This document shows positions 46,480-56,211 of a stretch of 62,421 nt of DNA, piece after piece. A program made the position numbers and the translations under genes. Under the pieces are notes generated by a model. The model worked only from the letters and a program-made list of their open reading frames with translations. It was not told the origin of the DNA and did no database searches. How positions within the stretch are numbered: the stretch's first letter is position 1; each line of letters begins with the position of its first letter. The stretch is from a virus (Duplodnaviria > Caudoviricetes). The DNA lies in the IMG/VR virus record IMGVR_UViG_3300033508_000392, positions 1 through 62,421 of that record; one strand, written 5' to 3'.

Positions 46480-47326
46480 ATGAATACCAACTTTCGTGAC
46501 AACATTTATAATCAAGATGAAGAAATTCGGGTTTTGTGGACTACTCTTGAAAATGTAAATACCTTTGGTGAATTGTCTGAAAGTTATAAAAAAATTATAA
46601 CATCATACTTCCTCTTGTTTAAAGATAAAGAAGGCTGGGAAAGTGTTGATCATATGATTGCTACCATTCAGGCCAAAATTAAACTCACTGGGTGGAATTC
46701 TTCCTATGCAATTAAAGCACTTAACGAACGAACTAAGCAAAGATATAAGCGAAGCTAATATACCTAAGGGTGATGTTTATTTTAAAACACCACCTTACGA
46801 TCGTCGCAGATGGGGTGAAATACAAGATGTAGTTGTTGTTGACGGTTATACAATAAATGTCTATCACAACCATACAGTAGATGGTAATCACGTACTACAA
46901 AGATTTAAAGAAAGAATTACAGATGGTACAGCAACATTTCGTAATCCTCTAACAAGAGAAATATCACAACATAAAGATGTACCTGGTTGGAAAAGTTACC
47001 CACCAACAGTTTTACACTCCATAGTCAAAAAATCAATAGAGAAGATCAATAGTGAATTTGGTCTTTACGACGATGATAGCTTAAACGACTATATGGTTAT
47101 TGATGACAAAAAGAATATAGTTTTACGCTTTAATCTGATGAATATCAATCCAGATAAAGATGATACAAAGAGACAAGTTTTAATCTTTACAGTTCTTACT
47201 AAAGAAATGTTGCATGCTGGTGAGACGTCATGGGATATGAAGACAAGTTCTAATTTTATAGATTTTGAAACAGTTATTATTGAAGATATGGGTGAAAAGA
47301 AAAGTTTTATAATCTTCTATGTTTGA
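46480..47326 (+). other. Two hypothetical ORFs (46480-46758; second ends 47326, start uncertain)
   Basis: ORF track. Confidence 0.55.
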
Positions 47327-47350
47327 ATAATACTGCTTATATGATATAAT
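47322..47350 (+). promoter_or_regulatory. Promoter TTTGAA-N17-TATAAT (probably leaderless)
   Basis: ATG 47357 begins at the 7th base after the -10. Confidence 0.7.
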
Positions 47351-47356
47351 ATCCAT

Positions 47357-47869
47357 ATGAAGAATATGGAATTTGTGCGCTGGGGTGGACTCAGTGCTGT
47401 TAAACAAAAGGAACGCTTTGTTCCTGATAAAATTCTCAAATCTGATCATGAAATTGGAACGTTTCATCGTCCTCCCACCCGTCGTGGTATCTATGCCTTC
47501 CTTCCGGATTGCATTGAGATGTTCCTTGTTGCGTGGAAGTTGTTCGACAAGGAGAAGCAGGATGAGAATGGAAGAAACATCCTCAAGAAGGAGTTTGAAC
47601 ACCCTCGTCGTTTCTCCTACAGTGGAAAAATCTGGACTCACATTCATGTTAATCACCCCCAAGTAACCTACTACCGTAAACGTGACTCTTGGTATGAGAC
47701 GGATACCGACTCCCTCCCCATCATCCTGAAATTGCATAAGTGGGAGTTGAATAATGAAGGGTCGAATGATTCTTTCTTCGGACAGGCTAAAGACTTTCCT
47801 GAGATTTCAAGAGTATGGCGACGTTTCTGTAAGGATCACTTTGAAGTTTTTATTGAACGTGTCAACTGA
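47357..47869 (+). CDS. Hypothetical protein
   Basis: RWGGLS, FHRPPTRRGIYAF, KDHFEVFIE. Confidence 0.7.
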   Translation: MKNMEFVRWGGLSAVKQKERFVPDKILKSDHEIGTFHRPPTRRGIYAFLPDCIEMFLVAWKLFDKEKQDENGRNILKKEFEHPRRFSYSGKIWTHIHVNHPQVTYYRKRDSWYETDTDSLPIILKLHKWELNNEGSNDSFFGQAKDFPEISRVWRRFCKDHFEVFIERVN

Positions 47870-47898
47870 AAGCATAATTTACTTAAGTGAGGATTGAA

Positions 47899-48975
47899 AT
47901 GAAGATTACCGTTATTGAAAACAAAAAGACGAAGCACATCCGCTCTGCCAACTATAATTACAACTTTAATAAAGAGACGGGTTTCTTTGCTCGTTGGGGT
48001 GCAACCAAAGAAGATGACCCACAATGGGCTCCTGGTCCTGAAATTCTTGACATTGAAATCTCTGCTGGCAAGTGTATGGCTGGTTGCCGTTTCTGCTATA
48101 AGTCAAACAATGGTTCCCTCCCTGTCAAGAACATGACGCTCGCTCAGTTTAAAAACATCCTTAATAAGATGCCCAATACCTTAACTCAGGTTGCGTTCGG
48201 AATAACGGATATCAACACCAACACCGACTTCTTCCCTATGATGGATTATTGTCGTGAGAAGGGTATTGTGCCCAACTTCACTTGTAATGGTTGGCAGGTT
48301 ACTAAAGAGGTAGCTGAAAAAGTTGCTGCCACCTGCGGAGCGGTTGCCGTCTCCGTTTACAACAAGGATGCCTCTTATGGTGCCATTAAGTCCTTTGCTG
48401 ATGCTGGTATGAAGCAGATCAACATTCATTTCATGCTTTCTGAAGAGACATATGACCGTGCTTTTGAAATTGTCTCTGATGCTGCTAGTGATGAAAGACT
48501 TAAGGGATTGAATGCCATTGTCTTCCTTGCCTATAAACCAAAAGGTCCTCATCCTGATTCCTATCACACTGTTAAGGATGTTGCTAAATACCAAGCTCTC
48601 ACCACACACTGTGAAGAGAAGGGTGTTAGTTACGGTATGGATAGCTGCAGCGCTGGTATGTACATCAAGTCAATTCAGGATCGTCCTGATAAGCAGAAAC
48701 TTTCTCTCTTTGTTGAGAGTTGTGAAAGTAGTATGTTTTCTGGTTACATCAATGTTGAGGGTAAGTACTACCACTGTTCCTTCTCTGAAGGTGAAGGTCT
48801 TTGGAAGGATGGACTTGATGTTCTCGCCTGTACCGACTTTATGAAGGAAGTATGGGAACATCCTCTGACTGTTAAGTTTCGCAAGTTGTCTGTTAAGAGT
48901 GCAGATAAGAATCCTTACAAGGATTGTGGTGATTGCCGTTCTTGTCTCGTCTTCCCATCAATCAACCCGTGGTAA
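47899..48975 (+). CDS. Radical SAM enzyme with C-terminal SPASM/twitch-like Cys cluster
   Basis: CMAGCRFC (CxxxCxxC); SCESSMFSGYINVEG..YHCSF; CGDCRSC. Confidence 0.9.
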   Translation: MKITVIENKKTKHIRSANYNYNFNKETGFFARWGATKEDDPQWAPGPEILDIEISAGKCMAGCRFCYKSNNGSLPVKNMTLAQFKNILNKMPNTLTQVAFGITDINTNTDFFPMMDYCREKGIVPNFTCNGWQVTKEVAEKVAATCGAVAVSVYNKDASYGAIKSFADAGMKQINIHFMLSEETYDRAFEIVSDAASDERLKGLNAIVFLAYKPKGPHPDSYHTVKDVAKYQALTTHCEEKGVSYGMDSCSAGMYIKSIQDRPDKQKLSLFVESCESSMFSGYINVEGKYYHCSFSEGEGLWKDGLDVLACTDFMKEVWEHPLTVKFRKLSVKSADKNPYKDCGDCRSCLVFPSINPW

Positions 48976-48988
48976 TAAGGAGTAAAAA

Positions 48989-49249
48989 ATGAATCTTCAA
49001 ACTCTATTCGAAAACTATCTTGGTTTTATCTGGGGAGCGTTCCTATTTGACATGAATGTTTTTAGTCAGGCATGGATCTATATCTGGATGTGTATTCCAG
49101 CTGTTGCCTATTTGGCTTTTTTCTGTATAAAATGGTTTGTAATTACCCTACCTATTTTTTTTCCATTTTATATTATTGCTGGTGCTATTGAGGATAAAGT
49201 AGAGAATGTACAAAGAATTAAAAAGGTAAAACAAAATAATGAACTTTGA
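48989..49249 (+). CDS. Small membrane protein
   Basis: Long hydrophobic stretch; AAGGAG SD. Confidence 0.7.
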   Translation: MNLQTLFENYLGFIWGAFLFDMNVFSQAWIYIWMCIPAVAYLAFFCIKWFVITLPIFFPFYIIAGAIEDKVENVQRIKKVKQNNEL

Positions 49250-50147
49250 AGATGCTAAACTAAAATTCTACCACCGCTGGACAGAGACGCACCGTTTCTA
49301 TCATGGAGTGGAACACCTTAATTCCATGCTTGAAAAGATTGATGATAATCTTGTCTTAAAATATTTCGCACTCTTTCATGATGTTATTTATGACCCAAGG
49401 TCATCTGTCAACGAGGAGAGAAGTGCTCAACTTTTTAGAAGTGTGATGGGAGAGATTGAAGATCTTACCCATGACGAGAAGTATCTTATTATCGAAATGA
49501 TTCTTACTACGAAAACTCACAAAACAGATAGTCCTATTGTTCAGCAAGCAATTGATCTAGATATGGACATTCTTAAATCTGATTTTCCCACTCTTCTTGA
49601 TTATGAGGGAAAGATTTTTAAAGAGTATCAATTCCATCCAATTGAAGAGTATAGAAAGGGAAGAGTTGGCTTTTTAAGAAGTCAGGGACTTAATCAGTTG
49701 GCGGATTATGTCCAGAACAAGAAATATAACATTGGTATCTATGCTGGTTCCTTTAATCCCTTCCACATTGGCCATCTTGACGTCCTAAGGAATGCTGAAA
49801 CCATATTTGATAAGGTAATTCTTGTACAGGGTGTTAATCCTGATAAGGGTGGTGAGAAGGTTGAATTACCAGTTTCCCTCCCCAATGAAAAGATTGTACA
49901 CTCAGGTCTTATTACTGAACTTTTCAATATCCATGGTAACTACAATCTTACCATGGTGAGAGGCATGAGAAATGAATTTGATGTTACAGCTGAAATGAAC
50001 TATCAAGCTTGGGTGAATGAACTCAATCCTGATATCAAGTTTGTTCACATCTTTTGTAGGCCGGAAAATGCTAAAATTTCATCATCTGGCTTGAAGTCTA
50101 TGTCTTCCTTTAAGGGTTTTGATATTAACAAATATATTGTGAGGTGA
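49239..50147 (+). CDS. coaD: HD-domain fused to phosphopantetheine adenylyltransferase (CoaD-like)
   Basis: RFYH..EH, FHDVIYDP; YAGSFNPFHIGH, VRGMRNEFD...E, ISSS. Confidence 0.78.
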   Translation: MNFEDAKLKFYHRWTETHRFYHGVEHLNSMLEKIDDNLVLKYFALFHDVIYDPRSSVNEERSAQLFRSVMGEIEDLTHDEKYLIIEMILTTKTHKTDSPIVQQAIDLDMDILKSDFPTLLDYEGKIFKEYQFHPIEEYRKGRVGFLRSQGLNQLADYVQNKKYNIGIYAGSFNPFHIGHLDVLRNAETIFDKVILVQGVNPDKGGEKVELPVSLPNEKIVHSGLITELFNIHGNYNLTMVRGMRNEFDVTAEMNYQAWVNELNPDIKFVHIFCRPENAKISSSGLKSMSSFKGFDINKYIVR

Positions 50148-50635
50148 GTATGAAGACTGTTATTATTGGACCTTCTGGAAGTGGAAAATCCTTTATTACT
50201 GAGGGTATGAAAGGTAATGTTCTTAACGTAGATGATTTTGTTAGTGAGTTGTATAAAACTGATGACTTAATCGAACATTTCATGTTTACTCTGCCACTTA
50301 ATAAAGCTGTCAATGATGATGCTACTATTAATAAAGGCAGGTTACTCTCCATCCTTTTGGAAAATCCAGAAGCTAGGAAGAGATTGGAAGATTTTCTCTT
50401 TATTAAAATTTTGGATAAGGTTAATATTATGGAGAATAGTTGTAGTGATATTTTCGTTGATGGTTTGATGCCTCGCTTCGTAGCACACTTTGATAGAGTT
50501 ATTTATATTGAGATGCGAGATGAGGATAGGTTGAAGAATCTTGTCAAACGCGGTATCTCAGAAGAAAGGGCAAAAAAGTTGATTGATTTACAGAGGGGTA
50601 TGTTTCATACTCTTCTTGTGGAGGATTTGAGATGA
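50144..50635 (+). CDS. coaE: Dephospho-CoA kinase-like P-loop kinase
   Basis: GPSGSGKS, NVDDFVSELY, INKGRL...L, RL..L.KRG.S.....ID.Q; follows coaD. Confidence 0.68.
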   Translation: MSMKTVIIGPSGSGKSFITEGMKGNVLNVDDFVSELYKTDDLIEHFMFTLPLNKAVNDDATINKGRLLSILLENPEARKRLEDFLFIKILDKVNIMENSCSDIFVDGLMPRFVAHFDRVIYIEMRDEDRLKNLVKRGISEERAKKLIDLQRGMFHTLLVEDLR

Positions 50636-50811
50636 TTGCTGGAAAGTATTGTAGGTGCTCCAGATGCGGACATATTGGATATGCACATAATTCCGGTGGA
50701 AGGGTGGGATTTTGCCAGCAGTGTGGAAGGAATGATGGTTTGGTAGAAGTTCCACTGGATTATAAAGAAAAGCCAAAGTTTGATTTATTTAAGATTTTTA
50801 AGAGGTAGAAT

Positions 50812-51321
50812 ATGAAAATAAGAAACGGTTTTGTAAGCAACTCCTCATCCTCATCCTTTGTGGTTGGCTTCCCCACCATCCCGCGTACTAAGGAAAAAAT
50901 GAAGTCCTTTCTCTTCCCTGACGGTGACGAATTCTATCCTTCACCTTTTGAAGATAGAAGATGGTCTAATGATACAGTAGCTGAGACAGTATTCAATGAT
51001 ATGGCTGGTAAAATGCCTCTCTCTTCTGATGAATTTGTTAAGGCAACAGCCGACAATGCAGAAATTAATTACAACTCTAAGAAGTATGAAATGATTGATA
51101 CCCGTGATGATGGTTCTACATATAAGACGACTGACTGGGATAAGCTTGAAGAAGATAGGTTGAAGCTCTCAAAGAAGAATGCTGATAAATTTTTGAAAGA
51201 GAATAATGATTATTACTACTTTGAGTTTGCCTATGCTGATGAAGATGGTGACTATGGTTGTGACCTGGAACATGGTGATTTGTTTAAAGCTTTACCTCAT
51301 ATGAGAATGAGCCATCATTAA
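50812..51321 (+). CDS. FVSNSSSSSF-motif protein 1
   Basis: MKIRNGFVSNSSSSSFVV. Confidence 0.8.
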   Translation: MKIRNGFVSNSSSSSFVVGFPTIPRTKEKMKSFLFPDGDEFYPSPFEDRRWSNDTVAETVFNDMAGKMPLSSDEFVKATADNAEINYNSKKYEMIDTRDDGSTYKTTDWDKLEEDRLKLSKKNADKFLKENNDYYYFEFAYADEDGDYGCDLEHGDLFKALPHMRMSHH

Positions 51322-51324
51322 GGA

Positions 51325-52064
51325 GTGAGTATGTTTGTATTTGGTTGTTTCTTTTCAGAAGATGAAATTCTCAGCAAGTATGGTCCAGATGATAGAGCAA
51401 AACACCTTCTTGATAAGGGATATGACATCTCTCTTTGGGGTGTTATCGATGAGTTTAAGGTTCGTTATCCCGAATTCTGTATTGATACCATATCCACCGC
51501 TGGAAAGCAGATTGTAGCCTTTGGTAGAGAGTATCATACTATGGGTCAGGATGAAACACGTTCTCAATTTGAAGGGAGTGTTGTTTCTACTCTAAAAGAG
51601 TTGTTTGATTTCGATTTTAGGTGTTTTATGATGGAGGTTGCAGAATGATTAGTTTGAAAGAATCAGTCAATGACTTTGATCAATATGAAAAAGATATAGC
51701 TGATATCATCAGATATATTATGAGAGTGGGTACAATCGAATTGGAAAACTATGTAGCTAATGTCAGGTCATCATCTGTTGGTGGTGATCCTGGGGTAAAA
51801 TGTTTTAAATTTGATTTGAGAAAATTCACTAAAGGTAAAGTATTTGGTAAATATGAAGATATAGTATCGCTTGTTTTCCTTGAAGATGATGGCAATATAT
51901 TTATTCTTAAAGGACATGGAATGAAACTTAATTATTCTACACAATTAGATTTTATCAGGTTTATGAAAGAGTTGGAAACCGAGTTGAGTGTCAGATCTCA
52001 GGAACGTGATTCTTACAATGATTCATCTGAAGCTTTTAAAGAACTAATGAAGGATAGGGTATGA
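51325..52064 (+). other. Two hypothetical ORFs (51325-51648, about 51645-52064)
   Basis: Tiled ORFs. Confidence 0.6.
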
Positions 52065-52627
52065 AATTGAGAAATGGTTTTGTTAGTAATAGCTCATCCT
52101 CATCTTTTATTATTGGGAGTGTAGGTGACCCTCTTCTCCTTAAAGCAATGGAGGCAGCAGGTGAGAGTAAAAACATCCCTATAAAAGATGTAGCCAGAGA
52201 GATGCTTAAATCATCAGATAGAAAAAAATATATTAAATGGTTGAAAAAAGTACCAGAAAATGTTAAATTTATTTGTTTTAATTCATGTAATTATGATACC
52301 GAAATCATGGCATATGAAAATTATGTTACTGTATTAACCTGTAACAACGAATCTTTTGACTGGGATACGGCTTTCGATATTATTGAAACAAGGTATAATG
52401 TTAATAGAAAGTATATTGAAGATACAGATCTGTGGGAAGATTTAGTAAGAGGAAGTCCTTACTATTCAACCAATGGAGAATATAAATTTGATGAATTTAA
52501 CGATGATTTAAGCATCTATCTAACTTACTCTCTTGAGAAGATTGCAAAAGAGTATGGTCCGGCTGCTTATATCTGCGAAAAAGGGGTGATGCTTTATGAA
52601 AATGAGAACAGGATTTGTATCAAATAG
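52061..52627 (+). CDS. FVSNSSSSSF-motif protein 2
   Basis: MKLRNGFVSNSSSSSFII. Confidence 0.8.
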   Translation: MKLRNGFVSNSSSSSFIIGSVGDPLLLKAMEAAGESKNIPIKDVAREMLKSSDRKKYIKWLKKVPENVKFICFNSCNYDTEIMAYENYVTVLTCNNESFDWDTAFDIIETRYNVNRKYIEDTDLWEDLVRGSPYYSTNGEYKFDEFNDDLSIYLTYSLEKIAKEYGPAAYICEKGVMLYENENRICIK

Positions 52628-53117
52628 CTCTTCTTCCTCTTTTATCATTATGGGAACTGGACCACTAAATATCCCAGAATTTAGTTGTTGGGAGTTGAAT
52701 GTTCCAGAAGACTTTGGTGGAACAACTGAGTTCGGATGGGAAAGACAAATTCATACAGGATTTGGTTCTCGTCTCAATTTCTGTTACGCTCAAATTCTGA
52801 GTGTTATCGCAAGTTCAGAATATGACCTTCTCCTCGTTAAGGCAACCGAAGCAACTGGTGATGAACTGAAACATACTTGGCTTGTAATGCTCGAGAAGGT
52901 ATTGAAGGATGAGTTGCATATTGATACTATCAATTGGAATCTTGGTGATTATAATGAGCAGGGAAAAACATGGTGTTATATTGATCATGCTTCTTCTGCC
53001 CACGAGGGATGTAATAACGAGATGTTTGAGAGCTATGATAAGTTGAGAGAGTGGCTCTTCTGTGAAGGTGGAGAAATCCACATACAGAATGATAATGATG
53101 GTTATGGAGATGAATAA
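52596..53117 (+). CDS. FVSNSSSSSF-motif protein 3
   Basis: MKMRTGFVSNSSSSSFII; YIDH; C-terminal QNDN. Confidence 0.8.
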   Translation: MKMRTGFVSNSSSSSFIIMGTGPLNIPEFSCWELNVPEDFGGTTEFGWERQIHTGFGSRLNFCYAQILSVIASSEYDLLLVKATEATGDELKHTWLVMLEKVLKDELHIDTINWNLGDYNEQGKTWCYIDHASSAHEGCNNEMFESYDKLREWLFCEGGEIHIQNDNDGYGDE

Positions 53118-53152
53118 AGCATAATTATATTTTCTAACAAAGGAGGTTGGAT

Positions 53153-53638
53153 ATGAAATTTCGTAGTGGTTTTGTTAGCAATTCTTCATCATCATCTTTC
53201 ATCATGGGTTTTGCTGTTGTATCAGACCTAGATAAAGTAAAGAAGTGGATGGATGAGACTGGAATTGATCTCAATATTGAACTTATGTCCTATCTTGAAA
53301 ACAAATATGATGCCCCAGCTGTATATGGAAGTGTTCTTAGAATGGAGAACTTCAACGGTGGTATACTCGAAATTGATACTAAAAATATTGATCTTGGCTT
53401 AACAGAAGATGCCCATGCAAAAGCTCTACTTACCTACGGTACTGACCCATACGTTGTTTGGTTTAGTGAATCTGGTGGTGAACCTTCCTGGGATGAAGAG
53501 AGAGAAGAGTATGACTATGACGTTGATCTTGATTTCTTTGGTGATAAAGAGGTAAAACTCTATAAAGCCTTCACCGAAGGTACCATCCCGGGTATTGTAT
53601 CTGGTCAAGCATCTTTTGGTGCTGGTAGAGACGGTTAA
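53153..53638 (+). CDS. FVSNSSSSSF-motif protein 4
   Basis: MKFRSGFVSNSSSSSFIM; ends GAGRDG; AGGAGG SD. Confidence 0.8.
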   Translation: MKFRSGFVSNSSSSSFIMGFAVVSDLDKVKKWMDETGIDLNIELMSYLENKYDAPAVYGSVLRMENFNGGILEIDTKNIDLGLTEDAHAKALLTYGTDPYVVWFSESGGEPSWDEEREEYDYDVDLDFFGDKEVKLYKAFTEGTIPGIVSGQASFGAGRDG

Positions 53639-53654
53639 TATCATTTAATTTATT

Positions 53655-53683
53655 AAAAGGCAGTCTTTTGGCTGCCTTTTTTT
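53655..53683 (+). terminator. Intrinsic terminator
   Basis: AAAAGGCAGTC-TTTT-GGCTGCC followed by T7. Confidence 0.85.
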
Positions 53684-53765
53684 ATTTGTATAGAAAAAAT
53701 GATTATTTTCTGATTTTTTGCAAAAGATAACTTGTAGTAATACTATAAGAGATGGAGAAAAATCC

Positions 53766-55805
53766 GTGAGTGAATATTTTTTAAAAAATCCAAGCGCAAG
53801 CAAGATCACAATAGATGATCTCGGGTATGAAATTGCCTCCAACCAATCAATTACAATTGATGAAAATGACTTTGACGGATTTCTAACCCCTAACATGGTT
53901 TCAGCTCTCAATTCTGGTTTAGTATTGTCTAGAACTGATGTTGGTGATACCTCGGGCGATTATCCTACAAATATTGCTATTGAAAAATTAACTCTTAAAT
54001 CAACTTGGAGACAAAAAGTTGCAACTTATGCTCAACTTCCACTTGTCGGCAATGAACACACTGATATTCGCCTTGTTGACAGTACTGGTATTCTTTACTG
54101 GTGGGATCAACCAAAAGCAGAGTGGGTTCAACTTACAAATACTTTTTCGTTAACAGTCGCAGAATATGATGGTGACCCAAATGGAAAAAATATTACAAAG
54201 ATTGTATTTGTAGAAGCAGAAGATGATGTCTATATTGATGATGATAATCATATAGCTTATGTTGGTGTACCAGATACATGTCCGTCAATAAACGGAAAAA
54301 ATTTAACAATTGCTGGTACATCACTAGTTACTGGACGTCTATCGCAAAATAATATAAATTATAAAGTCGGTGATCCTGCTGGTTTAAATATATCTTATAT
54401 AACAAAAGATGGTACGTTTACTATTAGTTCACCGCTTAATTCCGATCAAGGTGACAAGGGCTTAATAAAAGTATATTTTAATGGAATAGTTGCCGCCACA
54501 ATTGATTTAGCTATTAATTTTATTGAAGTAAACAGAGATGGCAACCAGGTTTTGACAGGCTATGATATTAAAGGCTTAGGTGATACAACAGTTAATGGAA
54601 CAGTAACCCTTCCTTACGGTTTTTTTGAAGTTATAAAAGTTGGTAAATACAATGGATTTAAATATTACCAAACATGGCAGGCACAGTTTTCAATTGCCAA
54701 CCCTACAGCTTTGAGACAAGGTTGGAATGAAATTTATATGACACATGAAGGTCTAGCGTCTGGTACACAAACATCAAACAGGGTTGATATCTTCTTTGAT
54801 AGCGATGCTGGTGCTGATCCTTCAACCAATGTTCCAACAGTTGTACAGAATGTACCAGTTTATCGCTGGCTTTCCGGTGTTAAATTTTATGATACCGGTT
54901 CTACATGGAAAGTAGATTTTATTGCATTTGATGCTTTTAACAACGTTTATCATACATCAAATGCACCTGCTGTTGTACAGGGTTGGCCAGGTTTAACAGC
55001 TACTCCTATAGAATATTTTAATACTGTTGTCGCTGGTGTTTCCTCACCTCCAGTTATTGGTGAAACAATGACCGTTAATGATTGGACACTAACTCAAACA
55101 GCTAATCAAATGTCATTAGATGCACGATTAGATGTATTTGCTCAAGATCCATATGCTATATATGGTAGTAAAACTTCCCTTGCGGAGAATATTATGATTT
55201 TCTCCTATCCAACAGCCTCAACACCTCTCAAAGAATACTTTAGGGATGAAAACTATCGTCTTCTAAGCGGTGCATATGATACTGTTCCAACGACCATTAC
55301 GGGTCAATGGAATAGCCAAAATAACATTCATACCTATGATGGTGGAGCAGGATTACAAGTTTTTATGGATAAACTTGTTTTCCCAAAAATTGATCACTCT
55401 ACATCTCTACCTTCAGGAAATCCGAATTATGCTCCTCTAGGATTAGAACAGCACAAATATTATTACCGAGCATTTAAGGATACTAAACTATCAAGAGCAC
55501 AGGGAACTCTTCGTATAACTGGTGTGACTAAACAGCAAATGCTTAATGGTGATATTAAGGTTTGGATTAAAATACCTTCTCAAACTGGTTGGCTTAGTTT
55601 GAATAAAGATTATAACTATGCAACTTTTACCGGTATAGATGAAGATGGATGTTGGATGCAAAGAGATGTTCAAACTAATGCAGACTTTGTTTTTGGTTTG
55701 GATAGATTCAGAACAGAATTCGGAAACTATATGATTATAGTTAAAGTTGAAATACCAATCAATAATGGTATTGAGTTACAACATCTTGAGATAACTGACT
55801 GGTAG
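53766..55805 (+). CDS. Putative virion structural protein (tail/baseplate-associated)
   Basis: GTG start after GGAG; T/N/G-rich, beta-type composition; N-terminal ~70 aa homologous to 58570..62043. Confidence 0.65.
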   Translation: MSEYFLKNPSASKITIDDLGYEIASNQSITIDENDFDGFLTPNMVSALNSGLVLSRTDVGDTSGDYPTNIAIEKLTLKSTWRQKVATYAQLPLVGNEHTDIRLVDSTGILYWWDQPKAEWVQLTNTFSLTVAEYDGDPNGKNITKIVFVEAEDDVYIDDDNHIAYVGVPDTCPSINGKNLTIAGTSLVTGRLSQNNINYKVGDPAGLNISYITKDGTFTISSPLNSDQGDKGLIKVYFNGIVAATIDLAINFIEVNRDGNQVLTGYDIKGLGDTTVNGTVTLPYGFFEVIKVGKYNGFKYYQTWQAQFSIANPTALRQGWNEIYMTHEGLASGTQTSNRVDIFFDSDAGADPSTNVPTVVQNVPVYRWLSGVKFYDTGSTWKVDFIAFDAFNNVYHTSNAPAVVQGWPGLTATPIEYFNTVVAGVSSPPVIGETMTVNDWTLTQTANQMSLDARLDVFAQDPYAIYGSKTSLAENIMIFSYPTASTPLKEYFRDENYRLLSGAYDTVPTTITGQWNSQNNIHTYDGGAGLQVFMDKLVFPKIDHSTSLPSGNPNYAPLGLEQHKYYYRAFKDTKLSRAQGTLRITGVTKQQMLNGDIKVWIKIPSQTGWLSLNKDYNYATFTGIDEDGCWMQRDVQTNADFVFGLDRFRTEFGNYMIIVKVEIPINNGIELQHLEITDW

Positions 55806-55815
55806 AGGAGAATAT

Positions 55816-56187
55816 ATGAAGAATTTAAAAAGTTTTCACACTAAACTTGTAAAAGAAAATACCAATGATTATTTTGTTGAAGAAAGTGTTGATAAAGATA
55901 TAGCAAAGGAAGATTCTCTCGAACTTGTATCACAGTTTGTTAAAGATGTTAAAAAAAAGTTTCCAAACAAGCAAGATAAACTAGAGATATTAAGAGATGT
56001 ATCTAAGGTTTTAGAATTTTATATTAATGAAATAGAAAATACGTCGTCTTCTATTGACGTAATGTCTGCATCATCAGCACCTCCTGTTTTAGGCTTTGAT
56101 GACGTACAGAATAAGGGTGAAGATGATGATATTGATACGGTTGATAATATGAGTGGTATAAGTTCTTTATTGAAAAGTCGTAGTTAG
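55816..56187 (+). CDS. Hypothetical protein (possible internal head protein)
   Basis: GAGGAG SD; N-terminus MKNLKSFHTKLVKE; acidic. Confidence 0.6.
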   Translation: MKNLKSFHTKLVKENTNDYFVEESVDKDIAKEDSLELVSQFVKDVKKKFPNKQDKLEILRDVSKVLEFYINEIENTSSSIDVMSASSAPPVLGFDDVQNKGEDDDIDTVDNMSGISSLLKSRS

Positions 56188-56211
56188 AAGTTATAAATAA
56201 CGGAGGAAGAA

